DNA of 58,159 nt, counting the filler, from Sphacelaria rigidula (lineage: Eukaryota), in NCBI GenBank assembly GCA_964200075.2. It is 5 parts of 5 records of this genome, joined end to end, with 100 filler letters (N's around TTAATTAATTAA, not from the genome) between each part and the next. Parts side by side here need not be neighbours in the genome. Positions count along the whole stretch, not along the records: positions 34,958 to 46,508 come from CAXNAA020004798.1; positions 46,609 to 58,159 come from CAXNAA020004799.1; 3 more parts are not named here. One strand, given 5' to 3'. The notes under the pieces are model-generated. The model did not search any database. It was given only the letters and a program-made list of their open reading frames with translations, and had not been told where the DNA came from. Positions 36,123 to 47,112 of the stretch are shown piece by piece. The position numbers were made by a program, and so were the translations under genes. Numbering within the stretch: position 1 is the stretch's first letter; each line of letters opens with the position of its first letter.

Positions 36123-39100
36123 ATGAGGGTTCTCATTGTTGACGCATTCTCGCCTTCATGCGCAGGGAGAGCAGCCTTCCGTAGCTTTGACGAGGCCGTG
36201 CGCTCCTCGTTTAGGAAGCTCGAAGTACAGGAGGAAGGAGGCACACAGTTCTTGGCACGACACTTCACCAAAGGACTCGAGGTACGACTATATGTTGATT
36301 CGGTGTCTTTTCTATGGGACAATGGACTATTGCGAGGACCTCGCTGTGCAGGCGGGTTTTGCACGTATTCCGTGTGCTTGCCAGTTGCGGCCATGACATC
36401 GTCCCCATTGGGCCCCTGCCACATTCAAGCGACGCAACTTCGCAGCTGTACATGTAGCGAGTCCGACGTCTGATTATGATCTATAGTGTTGATTTTTTGC
36501 CCTCAGGCAAGAACGTTTCCGTCTTCACTCGAGAGGAACATGCTGTACCAGCTGCCATATGGTACCCACACCCGGGCGTCGTTACGTGATGCGGGGGTTC
36601 GATACCTGGCTTGTACCGCATGACCTCATCGGAACCCCGCACTGATAATCAAATCAGTATATGCGAGGTTAGACTTGCAACAAGTGATGTTCATCGACCC
36701 TTACCGGGAAGGGATCACTACAAACCCTTTGGCCGTAAGCATGGGCAATCTGTTGAATGGGCATCGGTTTCACTTAAAATACTACTCCCCGGCCAGATGA
36801 CCTACCCTTGCGATCAAAGGGTTAAGAGCCGGATTATACAGGACCGCGGCGAGTGCTGCATGAGATATGAGGGTCCAAATATTCGTTTTTCACGGAAGGG
36901 GGGCGATCTAATCCACGGTACCTTTCAATGATGCACTGTATGGAAAATAAACCTCGGGGTCTTCCTCGGGGTCTTTCAGGCTAGTTTCAGCTACGCTCTT
37001 GAGCCTGAGCGTGTGGGCCATGAGACATGAGTGATCAGATCGCTTGTTTCGCCCAACCCTGAGCAAATTGGGCAATGCCATCGCTTGGACCCATACTTAC
37101 CACTACCAGTGAGGCGCTCAGCCCTAATCTTCTTTTGTTTCCCCCGAGTTCCCTCTCAGTGCTGAGCATCACCTCCAAACTGACCGAAGAGGCACAGATT
37201 CAGTTCGGTGACAAGTTGCTTTCCCGTCAGGGAACCGATTCTCCGATTTCTCCATTAACGGAAGAGTTCGGTTCGATCTTAGATTTCTTCTGCATCCGCA
37301 CAACACAGCTCCGAGCAGGGTCACCCCCATTCCAAGGGCAATATTGCAGTTACTTACCTGACACCGGAAGTGGTTCCACTAACGCCGATTCATTGCAGAG
37401 GAGAGCTTGTGACTGGGTACCAAGGCAGGGGTGAGAGCGTGCGGCGGCTATCACATGGGTAACGTACCATCACATACGTCCCTGTCATCGGGATCAATTC
37501 CACAGCATTTTACCGTCAAACATCGTCAGGCAGATGCACCGCTACTCTGACGGAGGTTCTACTGATTACCCTGTTCACATGGACAACTACTTGTACTGTA
37601 CGCCCCCTCCAATGCTAGACCACGAAGTTGGAGGCATGGGCCATAGCAGTCCACAACTCCGTCAACCCGCGGCACTGCAGATGCACTTCCTAAAACCCAT
37701 CTACACACACCTTAGTTCCTCGTGTTTTCTGTTCGTTGTTCTGTGCATGCACTGTACCGAATGCTGCGCGCTCCAGAATCCCCGGATATGTATAATCACC
37801 TTCACAATTTGCACGAAACAGAGGACAGGGCTGTCACATGCAACTCGTCTCACAGAGCATCTGCCGCAGTAGACTCTTCAGTGATACTCAGACGTGCAGC
37901 ATGTTGAACTAGGTAGAGTGGCGGTGGTCAGCGCTACTTGCAAAGAGCCACTGCCATTTTGGTGGTTGCTTTTTTTCTTGAGTATTTCGCAGCTTTTGTT
38001 CCGTGTTTGCCGATCTTTCTCACAACCACAACGTAGGGCCGAATGCACAGAAGCGCCGCTGACAATTAAATAGTGTTTTACGGTCAGTCTTCTGAAGGAA
38101 TGCTCGCCGTTATTTGGCTGTGGTCTCTTAGACACCGCGTTCCGTGTAGTCACAGCTCCTGCACTGTGCTCCCTGTGTTGTACTAGCGACGGAAATAAGA
38201 GAAGAAATAGTCGATGGAGGTCTGCTTGGTTTAGAGAAGCCGGGTCGGGGGATTATTCTCCTATTTTGTTCGTCAAAGCACGCCAGCTAACTAAGGGCAT
38301 GAGGATAAATCACACCGAAGTCGGCATAAGGCTCTCTAATTCCACCATAAACACTCCCACTGGGGAGGGAGGGGTTAAACTCGGCCCACTCCCACTACAC
38401 CTTCAGATGAATCAGCTCCACCAAGTGTGTATAGACACCCGACGAGGTAATCTGATCTGCCTTGTTCCAGAGGTGAGCTGGACCATGGCAATATTCAATA
38501 TTCACCGCTTGACGCCTTGAGATTGCTTACCATTTGCAATGCCCACTCAGGAATTCTGCTACGACAATGAATCTGCGGAGTTTTCATCCTCCAAGGCCGC
38601 AGTAAATGCTGTTGACAAGCTCGACTTCATCTTCATCGATGGAGACTGTCGCCTCCTTCCATGGCATAACCGAGCTCGCAAGGTGTGCAATTAGTACAAT
38701 GAAATACCTTCGTTTGAAAACAAAACCTAATACAATTCGGTCTCCGCACGAAACTACAGTAATAGAATTGCCCAGCAACCTGAAAGTATTGCCAACCCGG
38801 TCCTACAGGTAATTTTAGTTCACCTAGCACGTGAGGGTAATTGCCTAGATCGTGGGTCTTGTGCCGCACGTGTGTGTAGTACTGTAGGGGGTAGCGTCGT
38901 GCACGACATGGGATTATTTTTTATGATGTAAGATTAGCTTACACTATTGTGATAGAGTGGTTGTCAAAACACACCTGCATTTGTCAATCAAACAATTCAA
39001 TGAGGTCATCGCCCTGGGCTTCATCGTACTGATACAATACGACACAGAAGTTCGCACAAATGTTTCAAAACCTGAAATCTCGCAAATCGTCGGATTTTCT

Positions 39101-42100
39101 TCAACTATGTGTTGTCCCATCTATTCTGGGCGCCGGTTTACATCTTTCGGTGTATGTGGGCGCACCAGCCGGGGTCACACAGGAGGATGGTCAACACAGT
39201 TTTTTTTTTCAGTACCCCACCTTCCTTCTGCGGTGCTTGCCTTTATTTTTTATCGCGAGGGGGGTTTAGCAGTCCCTTTCCCTCGTCGACCGTTCAGTCG
39301 ACTTTTGTGTACCCACGACATAGTCGCTTTCCACTGTTTGGCATGGTGTGAGAAAAAATCCCAGCTCGCTCCGAGAAGTGAACCCACGACCCAACCGTCA
39401 GAGGGTTTCTAACTTACCAACTGAGCCACCGGGGCGACCGGCTTTCAACAATACTTGTATATGCTTTCCAGTGTAAGTTGATTGGAGCCTGAAATGATTA
39501 CCTCACTGATAAGTATATGGGATAAGTGAAGACTCGATGAACGACGGTATGTTTCCGTAGACGCTCTAATGTAAACGTACATTTGCGAGCAGCATTCTAC
39601 TGCGAAATCTACGGTAGAAATATGTAAGCTGTCGAAGAAGGACTGTCTCCAGCTTCTCCTGCAGACGGCGGCCGTAGTTGTCCTGATTCAGAGGGGTACG
39701 AAGGCGTACCTCACTTCTCTTCGCGCAATGTGGGGCAAGACGAGGTCAGATGATGAGTTGCGCCTAGTCTTGTACCCGGCCTCATAAGATCGTGCTCTTG
39801 GTGGGTTACGCAGCCTGTTGTGTAGGGTCACGAGATCCGGTGAATAGAGAAAGCGGGCCCAGTCAAGCTGGTCCACCCCGCGTCACTGTCCGAATGTTCT
39901 TCACCGTGACACGTGAATCTTTCGAACGCTTATCCATCTTGTGACATAGGTTTTTGGTACAAAACATACGACATTCTGCTCCTTATATCCGCCGCGCTCC
40001 GGCGGTTTAATGGTACAACTGACACAGTTTGCGAGGACAGGTGCGGTTTCGACTCCCGGCGGATGCGTTTAGTTTGGATTTTTCGCGACAGTATCTGGTT
40101 AACGTCGTTGAGAGTGTGAGTTTGTTCGAGGATAGTCGACGCGGTGTCGGAGTGCTGATGGGCATGATCCAGTCCACGATACCAAAACGTGGGGCGTGTG
40201 AGAGATGGATTGACCCCTTGAGACCACGGACTCGACCGGAGGAGGGAGAAGGGTTCAAACAGCAGCAGTGGCAGAGACTTTGTTGGCTCGGAGAACGTGT
40301 TGCAAAAGACGAACATACATATACATATATACATACGTTCGGGTAGGGCCGCTTCTTATCGCAAACCAAAACGGCAATCTGCAAAACAATCTTTTTGGAT
40401 CGTCTGCGTCGTTTTACGCCGTAAAAGAGAGCTAGGCGGATTTGACGCCTTGGGATGCCTTGCTGCACTCGTTGAGGCGGTTCCAGCACACATACACGCT
40501 TTTCCGGTGGCCGCAGTGCTTTTCTCGGCAAAATTTGCCCTTTTCTCAGAGACCGCTCATTTTTCTCGGAGATCAGTCAAGCTCGGGAGAAGTTCGCAAC
40601 AGTTTGTGGACATGATTGGTCTCCGAGAAAAATGAGCGGTCTCCGAAAAAAAACAAGTTTGGCCGAGAAAAACACTGCAGCTGCAGCAAAGACGCGCAGG
40701 TGTGTTGGAACCGTCTCAACGAGTACAGCAAGCCATTCCAAGGTGTCAAAATCCGTCTAGCTCTCTTCTACGGCGTAAAACGACGCAGAAGCTCCAAAAA
40801 ATAGTTGTCCAGATTTTCGTTTTTGTTTGCCGCAAGAAGCGACCTCATAGTATTTGTTTTTCCATAGCTTACTTGTATCGGAACTATAGTCTGAATGCAG
40901 CAATGTCTACATCGCCACCGAAAATGATTACTGGGGAGCAGGTGAGCATCCCACATTTGACAACTGGGTAAAGACCACTTGTAGCTTCCCTAGCAATTAA
41001 CCCCCAGTAGATTTCAGGTGGTATGTGGTGATCATCTATACATTTTATGGACGTGTACACGAGCTGCACAAGATTTCATTTGGTAGACGCACACGGACCC
41101 CGTGACTACGTTGCTCCGTACACCATTTACCGTGCAAGCGAGAACGTTCGGCCCCCACCACCCCTGCGTATTCGCGCCTTTGTCACTAACAGTACAATTC
41201 TAGGTGAGAACTGAGAGAGAATCATTACACAATTCTTCTCTTGGGGTGTCCGTCATATACACGTCGCGCATGTGCCATTCACAGCTTGCAATCCTGGTTC
41301 GCACCGTCCTCGGCGCCAACAAGTGTATATTCGCGGCGGGGCCAGGGGCCTACATGGTCGCCTACGTGCGCGCTACTGGGGGAAAGCCGCTCCGAGTTCT
41401 CAACGGCGGGGGCCAAGGGGGAAGCCTGATCGACCTCGCATCGCTACGGCCAGCAGATCTCGGTGGCACTAACACCACAAGCCCTCCCGGCTGCAATGCG
41501 AAGGTGAGATAGACGTGCTGATCATCATAGTCGTGCGAAATATCACAGAAAAAAAACACATACACACACATGTATATGTGTGTGTCGAACTGAATGGTGT
41601 CTGCTTGGACTTCTTCCAATTTGAGTGCAAAATGATCTTCAAAGAGATACTGCAGTACCCCAGCAGCGTTCTCGTTGAAGCGGTGCGTCGTTCGCTCCTG
41701 ATGTTTCCGCATCTCACTGCGGTGAGGGTTTGCGCCTATTCCCGTAGACTACCTTCTTCGCGTCTTCGACATTGCTCGACCACTCCCCTCGGCTGCACCG
41801 ACAATGAGTTGTGTGACAAACGATCACCTGGCTAGTCAAACGAATCTCCAGATACACTTCCTTTTCTCTAAAATAAACGACAAACGACAAGCCCTTGGTC
41901 ATGATCACACCCGCATCAACGACAGGGTAGGGAGGCGGTGCTCGACTCAGCCACCGGAGATTTTTATGTTTTTGACGCTACCGGCGATCGTTGGTTGCCC
42001 GAAGGGAACGTCGGGATTCTCAAGACTGGTGCGGGAATTGGTGGTGTGGCAGCTGCCATCCTGGCAGACGCCTGTGCAAACGTCAGGGGATGCGACGAGA

Positions 42101-44661
42101 GAATGGTCAGTGCATGTCTCTGGCCATTTTAGCTGTCGGCAAAGGCATTGGCAGCCCCTGTCGGTTGCGGCGTCCAATGCGATGATGTTTTGTTGTTAAA
42201 ATAAAGAGTGGAGAATGATTCAATCCTTAGCAAGTGCCTGGGGCGGAGGAGTTGTGAGGACAGCCTCGACGTGTTGTAATTAGCCAATGATTCAAAATGT
42301 TTCGAGTGTTTCACAGGTGGACTAGCACCTGCGGTGTAAGCGTGCAGGCAGGGTGATATACTACTGTACATGATCGCTGCACTCCGGTGGTCTAAATTAA
42401 AATGGTACAGCTGACACCGTTAGGGCGGGGAACACGCGGGTTCGACGCCAGCCACATGCGTCCAGTTTGGATTTTTTCTGATAATTACGGTATCTGATTT
42501 CTGTCGTCGAAAGCATGAGGACGTACGTGGTAAGTGAAAAAGATGGTGTTTGGCCAAGCTTGTTACATGGCAGTCAACGCGGTGCGGGGGTGCTGATCGT
42601 CGTATACCAATCCGCGATACCAAAATGTAAGGCGTGTACCGGGGAAGAGATGGGTTGATCTGAGACGACGGACTCTTGCCGAGAAAAGAAAAAGATGGTG
42701 CATCAGGATCAACAAAGCTAGTGTGATTAATTAACCCCGTGCGTGTATCGGTTCGTAGAACTGCCGTGAGCTTCAAACGCACGTTGCATATAGATCACGT
42801 GCTTCTGATATTTTCTCGACTCACGGAGCATCTTTTTAGATAACGGCGTTATTTTCTAGGCGTCTCAGAGTAAATTTGGTCAGCCGCGAACCCGTCTTCG
42901 AGTCTATCTATCTATGTCTTCGAGTCTTTCCGTCATGCACACTCCAATAGCTTCGATTGCGCGCTGCCAGTTCTACAGTATTTTCCTGCGGCTAGCCGGC
43001 GTGCGACGTGTTGAAACGTGTGATGCTTTGCCTCTGCACCGTGATATGATGGCGGGTGGACCGCTCGCGTTCGAAGGTTGACGTCTCAGAACTGCTCGTA
43101 AGGAAGAGGGACGGCCAGGCCGCGAGAGACATCAACAGTAAGGCTTTAGACCGACCAAGCACTCCCAGGCAAGGTGTAACTTACCGACATTTCCTTTATT
43201 ATCCCAGCTAGCTTATACCATAGCTATTACCGAAGTTGCATGTACCGGTCCAGCTATTCCAGACTCCATAACACTTTTTTTAAGTTCTCGAGTATAATGC
43301 CCAAACTTGGTACCGCAATCCGAGTTAAATTCGATTGTACGACTGACACGTGTTGAAGTGGGTATGTGCGACGCCGATGACAGCAACTTATCTTCTCTGT
43401 AGCAGCCTCGTACCGCTGCCGTACTCACATGCTACGGTTCTAGAGCTCTACCGTGTTTGGGTAGCAACGTTTGAATCCAATACAAACATCAGCACTGCGA
43501 TTCCGTCACTAGACCTCATTGGATAAAAAAGTAGAGTAAGATCGACTCTATGTCGATTAATACTGCTCACCCAATCCAACTGTACCCCAACTTAACACCC
43601 ACTATTAACCCAGACCATACACTCTTCCGCGCGATCCTTGGCGCTTTTTTTTCCCCACGGCTCATTCAGGTGCCAGAGCGAAGCATTGATCCGAGTACGC
43701 CCCAGGAGCATTTCAAGCCATCTGTTCAAACACGTCGAATACAGCGGGTTTCTAGCCTGGAGCCCTGGGACGTGGAGTTTAGGAGAGGCGGCCGCTGCAC
43801 GATGCAGGCGAGCCACTTTAAAATCGTGACGTACGCGTGCTTTGTTCCGAACAAAGGAATGTGCCATCATCCACCACCAGCAACGTTGTGAAGTCCCAGT
43901 AACACAGTAGCTGAGCTTTTTGCCGTCCTCGGAGTACCTGAAGGATGTGTTATTTGTGAGAACTCTCGCAGACATTGAGGATGGACGCTTCACTCCGCTA
44001 GACGTGGGCAAACTGATACGACTTGACACAGAACGCGCGTTTTACGAATCGCAAATGGTTCCTGACAAATGAAATCCGCTTGTCGTCTATTAGCTGTTTG
44101 ATTCAACATGGAAGGCTGCGTTGCGGCGATAGATACACAAATTCCGACGCTTTAAACTGCGCACACACTCGTGAGAGGTTGCTCACATTTTGCGTCATCA
44201 AACACCAGGCGGAGTTTCAAAGTACTCGCAGCATCAGCAAAGGCTGGGCCAGAGGTTGTGGAGATCGACAACTGCCTTGCCACCAGGTGGGCCATAATTT
44301 TTAGATGTAGCGTCAAGTGTCGGAGTGAAACGCGCAGGAAATATTCATGTGGGAATTAGGGGTGACGCGTTGTCGACGTTTTTTCATGCCCTTCGCGTCA
44401 CCGAGATGACAAAGCAACGTGTAATGTACACAGTTACCTTATGCCGTTAGGTTTAGGGTTAGGTATGGAGTAGAGACCAGCATCACGGTGGAAAACATGT
44501 CGCCGACGTTCGTGCTTTGTCGCACGATTTCGCACACTACGTGGCCAACCCTTTTATCGTTTGCGCGCAGATACAATCTGCGCCCGGCGTACGACGGGTC
44601 CGCTCGAGTGATGGAAGCGTTCGTGGAGAACAAGCATATCATCATCAGGAGGACCAAGTGA
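36123..44661 (+). CDS. Class I glutamine-amidotransferase-like fold protein, apparently lacking the catalytic Cys
   Basis: Exons 36123-36281, 38551-38682, 41285-41503, 41926-42105, 43077-43168 (tentative), 43670-43807, 44209-44286, 44571-44661 are phase-compatible. Motifs in GATase order: MRVLIVDAF, DFIFIDG..LLPW, KCIFAAGPGAYMVAY, HLFKHV..F, KVLAASAKAGPEVVE, YN..PAY....VMEAFV. Confidence 0.7.
39100..39442 (-). mobile_element. tRNA-derived SINE (family S2), intronic
   Basis: Minus strand head GCCCCGGTGGCTCAGTTGGTAA...GGTCGTGGGTTC (A box and degenerate B box), no intact cloverleaf, followed by ~260 nt of body. Confidence 0.65.
39985..40275 (+). mobile_element. tRNA-derived SINE (family S1), copy 1
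   Basis: A-box-like GGCGGTTTAATGGT and B-box-like GTTTCGACTCC. Body 'GACGCGGTG..GGAGTGCTGA...GATACCAAAA...GAGACCACGGACTCG' is shared with 42375-42690, 51985-52278 and partially ~9965-10090. Confidence 0.75.
40345..40846. mobile_element. Foldback MITE family E (~500 bp, intronic)
   Basis: Arms of ~230 bp are inverted complements (e.g. CTGCGTCGTTTTACGCCGTA / TACGGCGTAAAACGACGCAG). Confidence 0.85.
42375..42690 (+). mobile_element. tRNA-derived SINE (family S1), copy 2
   Basis: B-box GGTTCGACGCC plus the shared body. Confidence 0.7.
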
Positions 44662-44824
44662 GACGTTTGGTTGATCGGGATATACTGAGTTGCACGACTA
44701 CCGTAGCAAAGACATCTCTGCCGAGCGCGACAGGCCTCACAACTGCAGTCAGCAGTAGCACGGGACGTAGGTCTGGCTGTCATGGCCGTGACAACAAACC
44801 CTTCGTGCTGAGTATAAGGGTTGA

Positions 44825-45254
44825 AACACGGGATTTTGCAAATTGGGCATGGATCCTTTATTGGGGATGGAAACTCGGAGGATAAAATCTTTGTATCCAC
44901 ACCAAATCTTCGAAGTATGCTTCCATTTCTTCACTTGCTGGTAGCTATTGACAACTACTACACGCCATACAAATTTGGATTCCGATAGCCGAAATATCGG
45001 GGTCCTATGTGAAAAAGCAATTTTGGCGTCCGATCGGACGCCTAGGATCCCCCCAAAATGGTTTTTCACCTAGGACCCCGAACTTTCGGTTAGCGAAACC
45101 TAAACTTGTATGGCGTGTAATAGTTGTCAATAGCTACCAACAAGTAAAGAAATGGAAGCACACTTCAAAGATTTGGTGTGGATACGAACATTTTAATCCT
45201 CGGGGTTATCATCCCCAATAAAAGATCCATCCCCAATTTGTAAAATCCCGTGTT
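44825..45254. mobile_element. Foldback MITE family A, copy 3
   Basis: AACACGGGATTTTGCAAATTGGG...CCCCAATTTGTAAAATCCCGTGTT; immediately followed by (TTAGGG)3. Confidence 0.9.
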
Positions 45255-47112
45255 TTAGGGTTAGGGTTAGGGCTAGTATTTTCCAAGAGTATTCGTATGA
45301 TGGGGTACGTTTTCCCCCCCGTGAGGATTTCACCGGTGTAAATGGGTGACTGCGTCGTGGAAAAGTGTCCGAAGCGCTCGCGCACTTATCCTAAACGCGC
45401 CCGTTAGCGCACAAAACCCATGATGAAGACCGAGCGCATTTGGATACTCAACTGCCATTTACCCCTTTACGAATGACCCCACCCGGCGACCGTCACTCCC
45501 ATCATTCTCACGCGTTCATTCGTTTGCTACATACAGCCGGTTAGGTCGAAGTAACGCATTTGTGCTGACCGGAAATTCGAGCCTAGATGATGGAGCTGGC
45601 AGCGCGTTCTACAAGGTATTGGTATTGGCAAGGCGTCTGAAATACCCACTGCAACAAATACTCTGCCCCCCCTTCCCTGTGGCAAAGGAATAGAGAGCAA
45701 AAGCCATATAACAGCCTGGAATCGTTATTGAGGTTCAACGTTTTTATGAGGTTTAACGGACCATCGAAATTTCATTTACTTTGTTCAAAAGGCTCTGGAG
45801 TCGCAAGCGGTTTCGACCATGTGCCCCTAACCCATAAGTTTCAGCACTGGAGCGAAAGCATGATGGTGTGCAGTCCAACCGAAAAGCCGCCCTCATTCAT
45901 TGTGCCGCATCTATCGAGCAAGCCTTGCGTCTAAGCGCTGCGGAACACGTAACAAAGCATGCTGAAAACATACTGCTTTGGACTAGTCATCGAGTTTTCC
46001 AGCGCCTCTTGTTGTGTATCTGAGAGAGACTCCATACTGTTACGCCGGCGACGACCGCCGTCCGCGAAACGACCCAATGCGGCGGCAGACGCCAACGATC
46101 TTCGAAAGGCAGCGTCATTCAGCAGTCAGCTGAGATATACCATCACCACAGCACAGCATAACCACAGTACAGTGGTCAGTTGGATCAAATGGGTGCCCCA
46201 CGATAAAGCTGCAGACACACACAACGGGGGTAAGGGTTAGTCCGACGCCTGGGGTTGTCTCGCCAGTAGTGCCCATGCGAGGCGCTTCATCTAGTCTGAA
46301 CCAGCTATCACGCCTTGTATGGCCACCTCCGCCGTGGCTGTGTTGAGAACCGGCTTCGCGGTGGAGCTGTTGAACAACACTACTGTTGTAGTGCAACGCG
46401 CTTCAAAAATTCGAGCCGTTTCTTTTCAATTTGAAAGCCGCGGCAGCTTTAGTTTGAATATCCCTTCTGACGGTCCCAAACGGGTGCTGATGCAGAGACG
46501 GAAAGCGCNNNNNNNNNNNNNNNNNNNNNNNNNNNNNNNNNNNNNNNNNNNNTTAATTAATTAANNNNNNNNNNNNNNNNNNNNNNNNNNNNNNNNNNNN
46601 NNNNNNNNCCGAAGCCTGCTGATTGTCTTGCATTTGAATGACAGCCTAAAATGAGTCGCTTCATTGTCTGGTATCGCCACTTCCCGAGACAGCCATGGTT
46701 TATACACTGCCTCATGGGTGTCTCGCCATTGGGGGGGGTTCTCCAATGCAGACTCGTGACGTGCTGTTAGTGTTGCAGTCCAATGCTACATCGTTCCTCG
46801 TGAAGTGCAATAATTTCTGTGTGACAAGCAACAGAGGTATCCATGTTCACAACAGTGTATACCGTGCTGTACTAATGCCGTCCGCGGGTTACACTTTTGA
46901 AGAGGATAACAATGCAAACAGCGATTTCCGCGCTTGGGTGTATATTATTTGTCTCTCTCCACCTCTTTCTCGCTCCCCTTTCTCTTTCTCTTTCACCCTC
47001 ATTTTCTCGCGCCACCCCCCCCCACCCCCCCCCTGCTTTGTTCTATGCGTATATGTTCGTGTAATTCCTCTCTTTTTAGTTTCTCGTTCTCTGCCATGTC
47101 AGCTCGTCTCAC

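Noticed and set aside
37075-37434. ORF with an 'NADSL' motif resembling a Gypsy RNase H end
   Set aside because: Single short motif in an intron; insufficient support.
39367-39436. tRNA gene
   Set aside because: A box is intact but the anticodon arm, T arm and acceptor stem do not pair properly; better explained as a SINE head.
45255-45272. TTAGGG repeats as a chromosome end
   Set aside because: Only three units, internal, and adjacent to a MITE; interstitial.
45960-46370. Possible terminal exons of the GT-like gene
   Set aside because: No unique phase-compatible continuation across the 46509-46608 gap.
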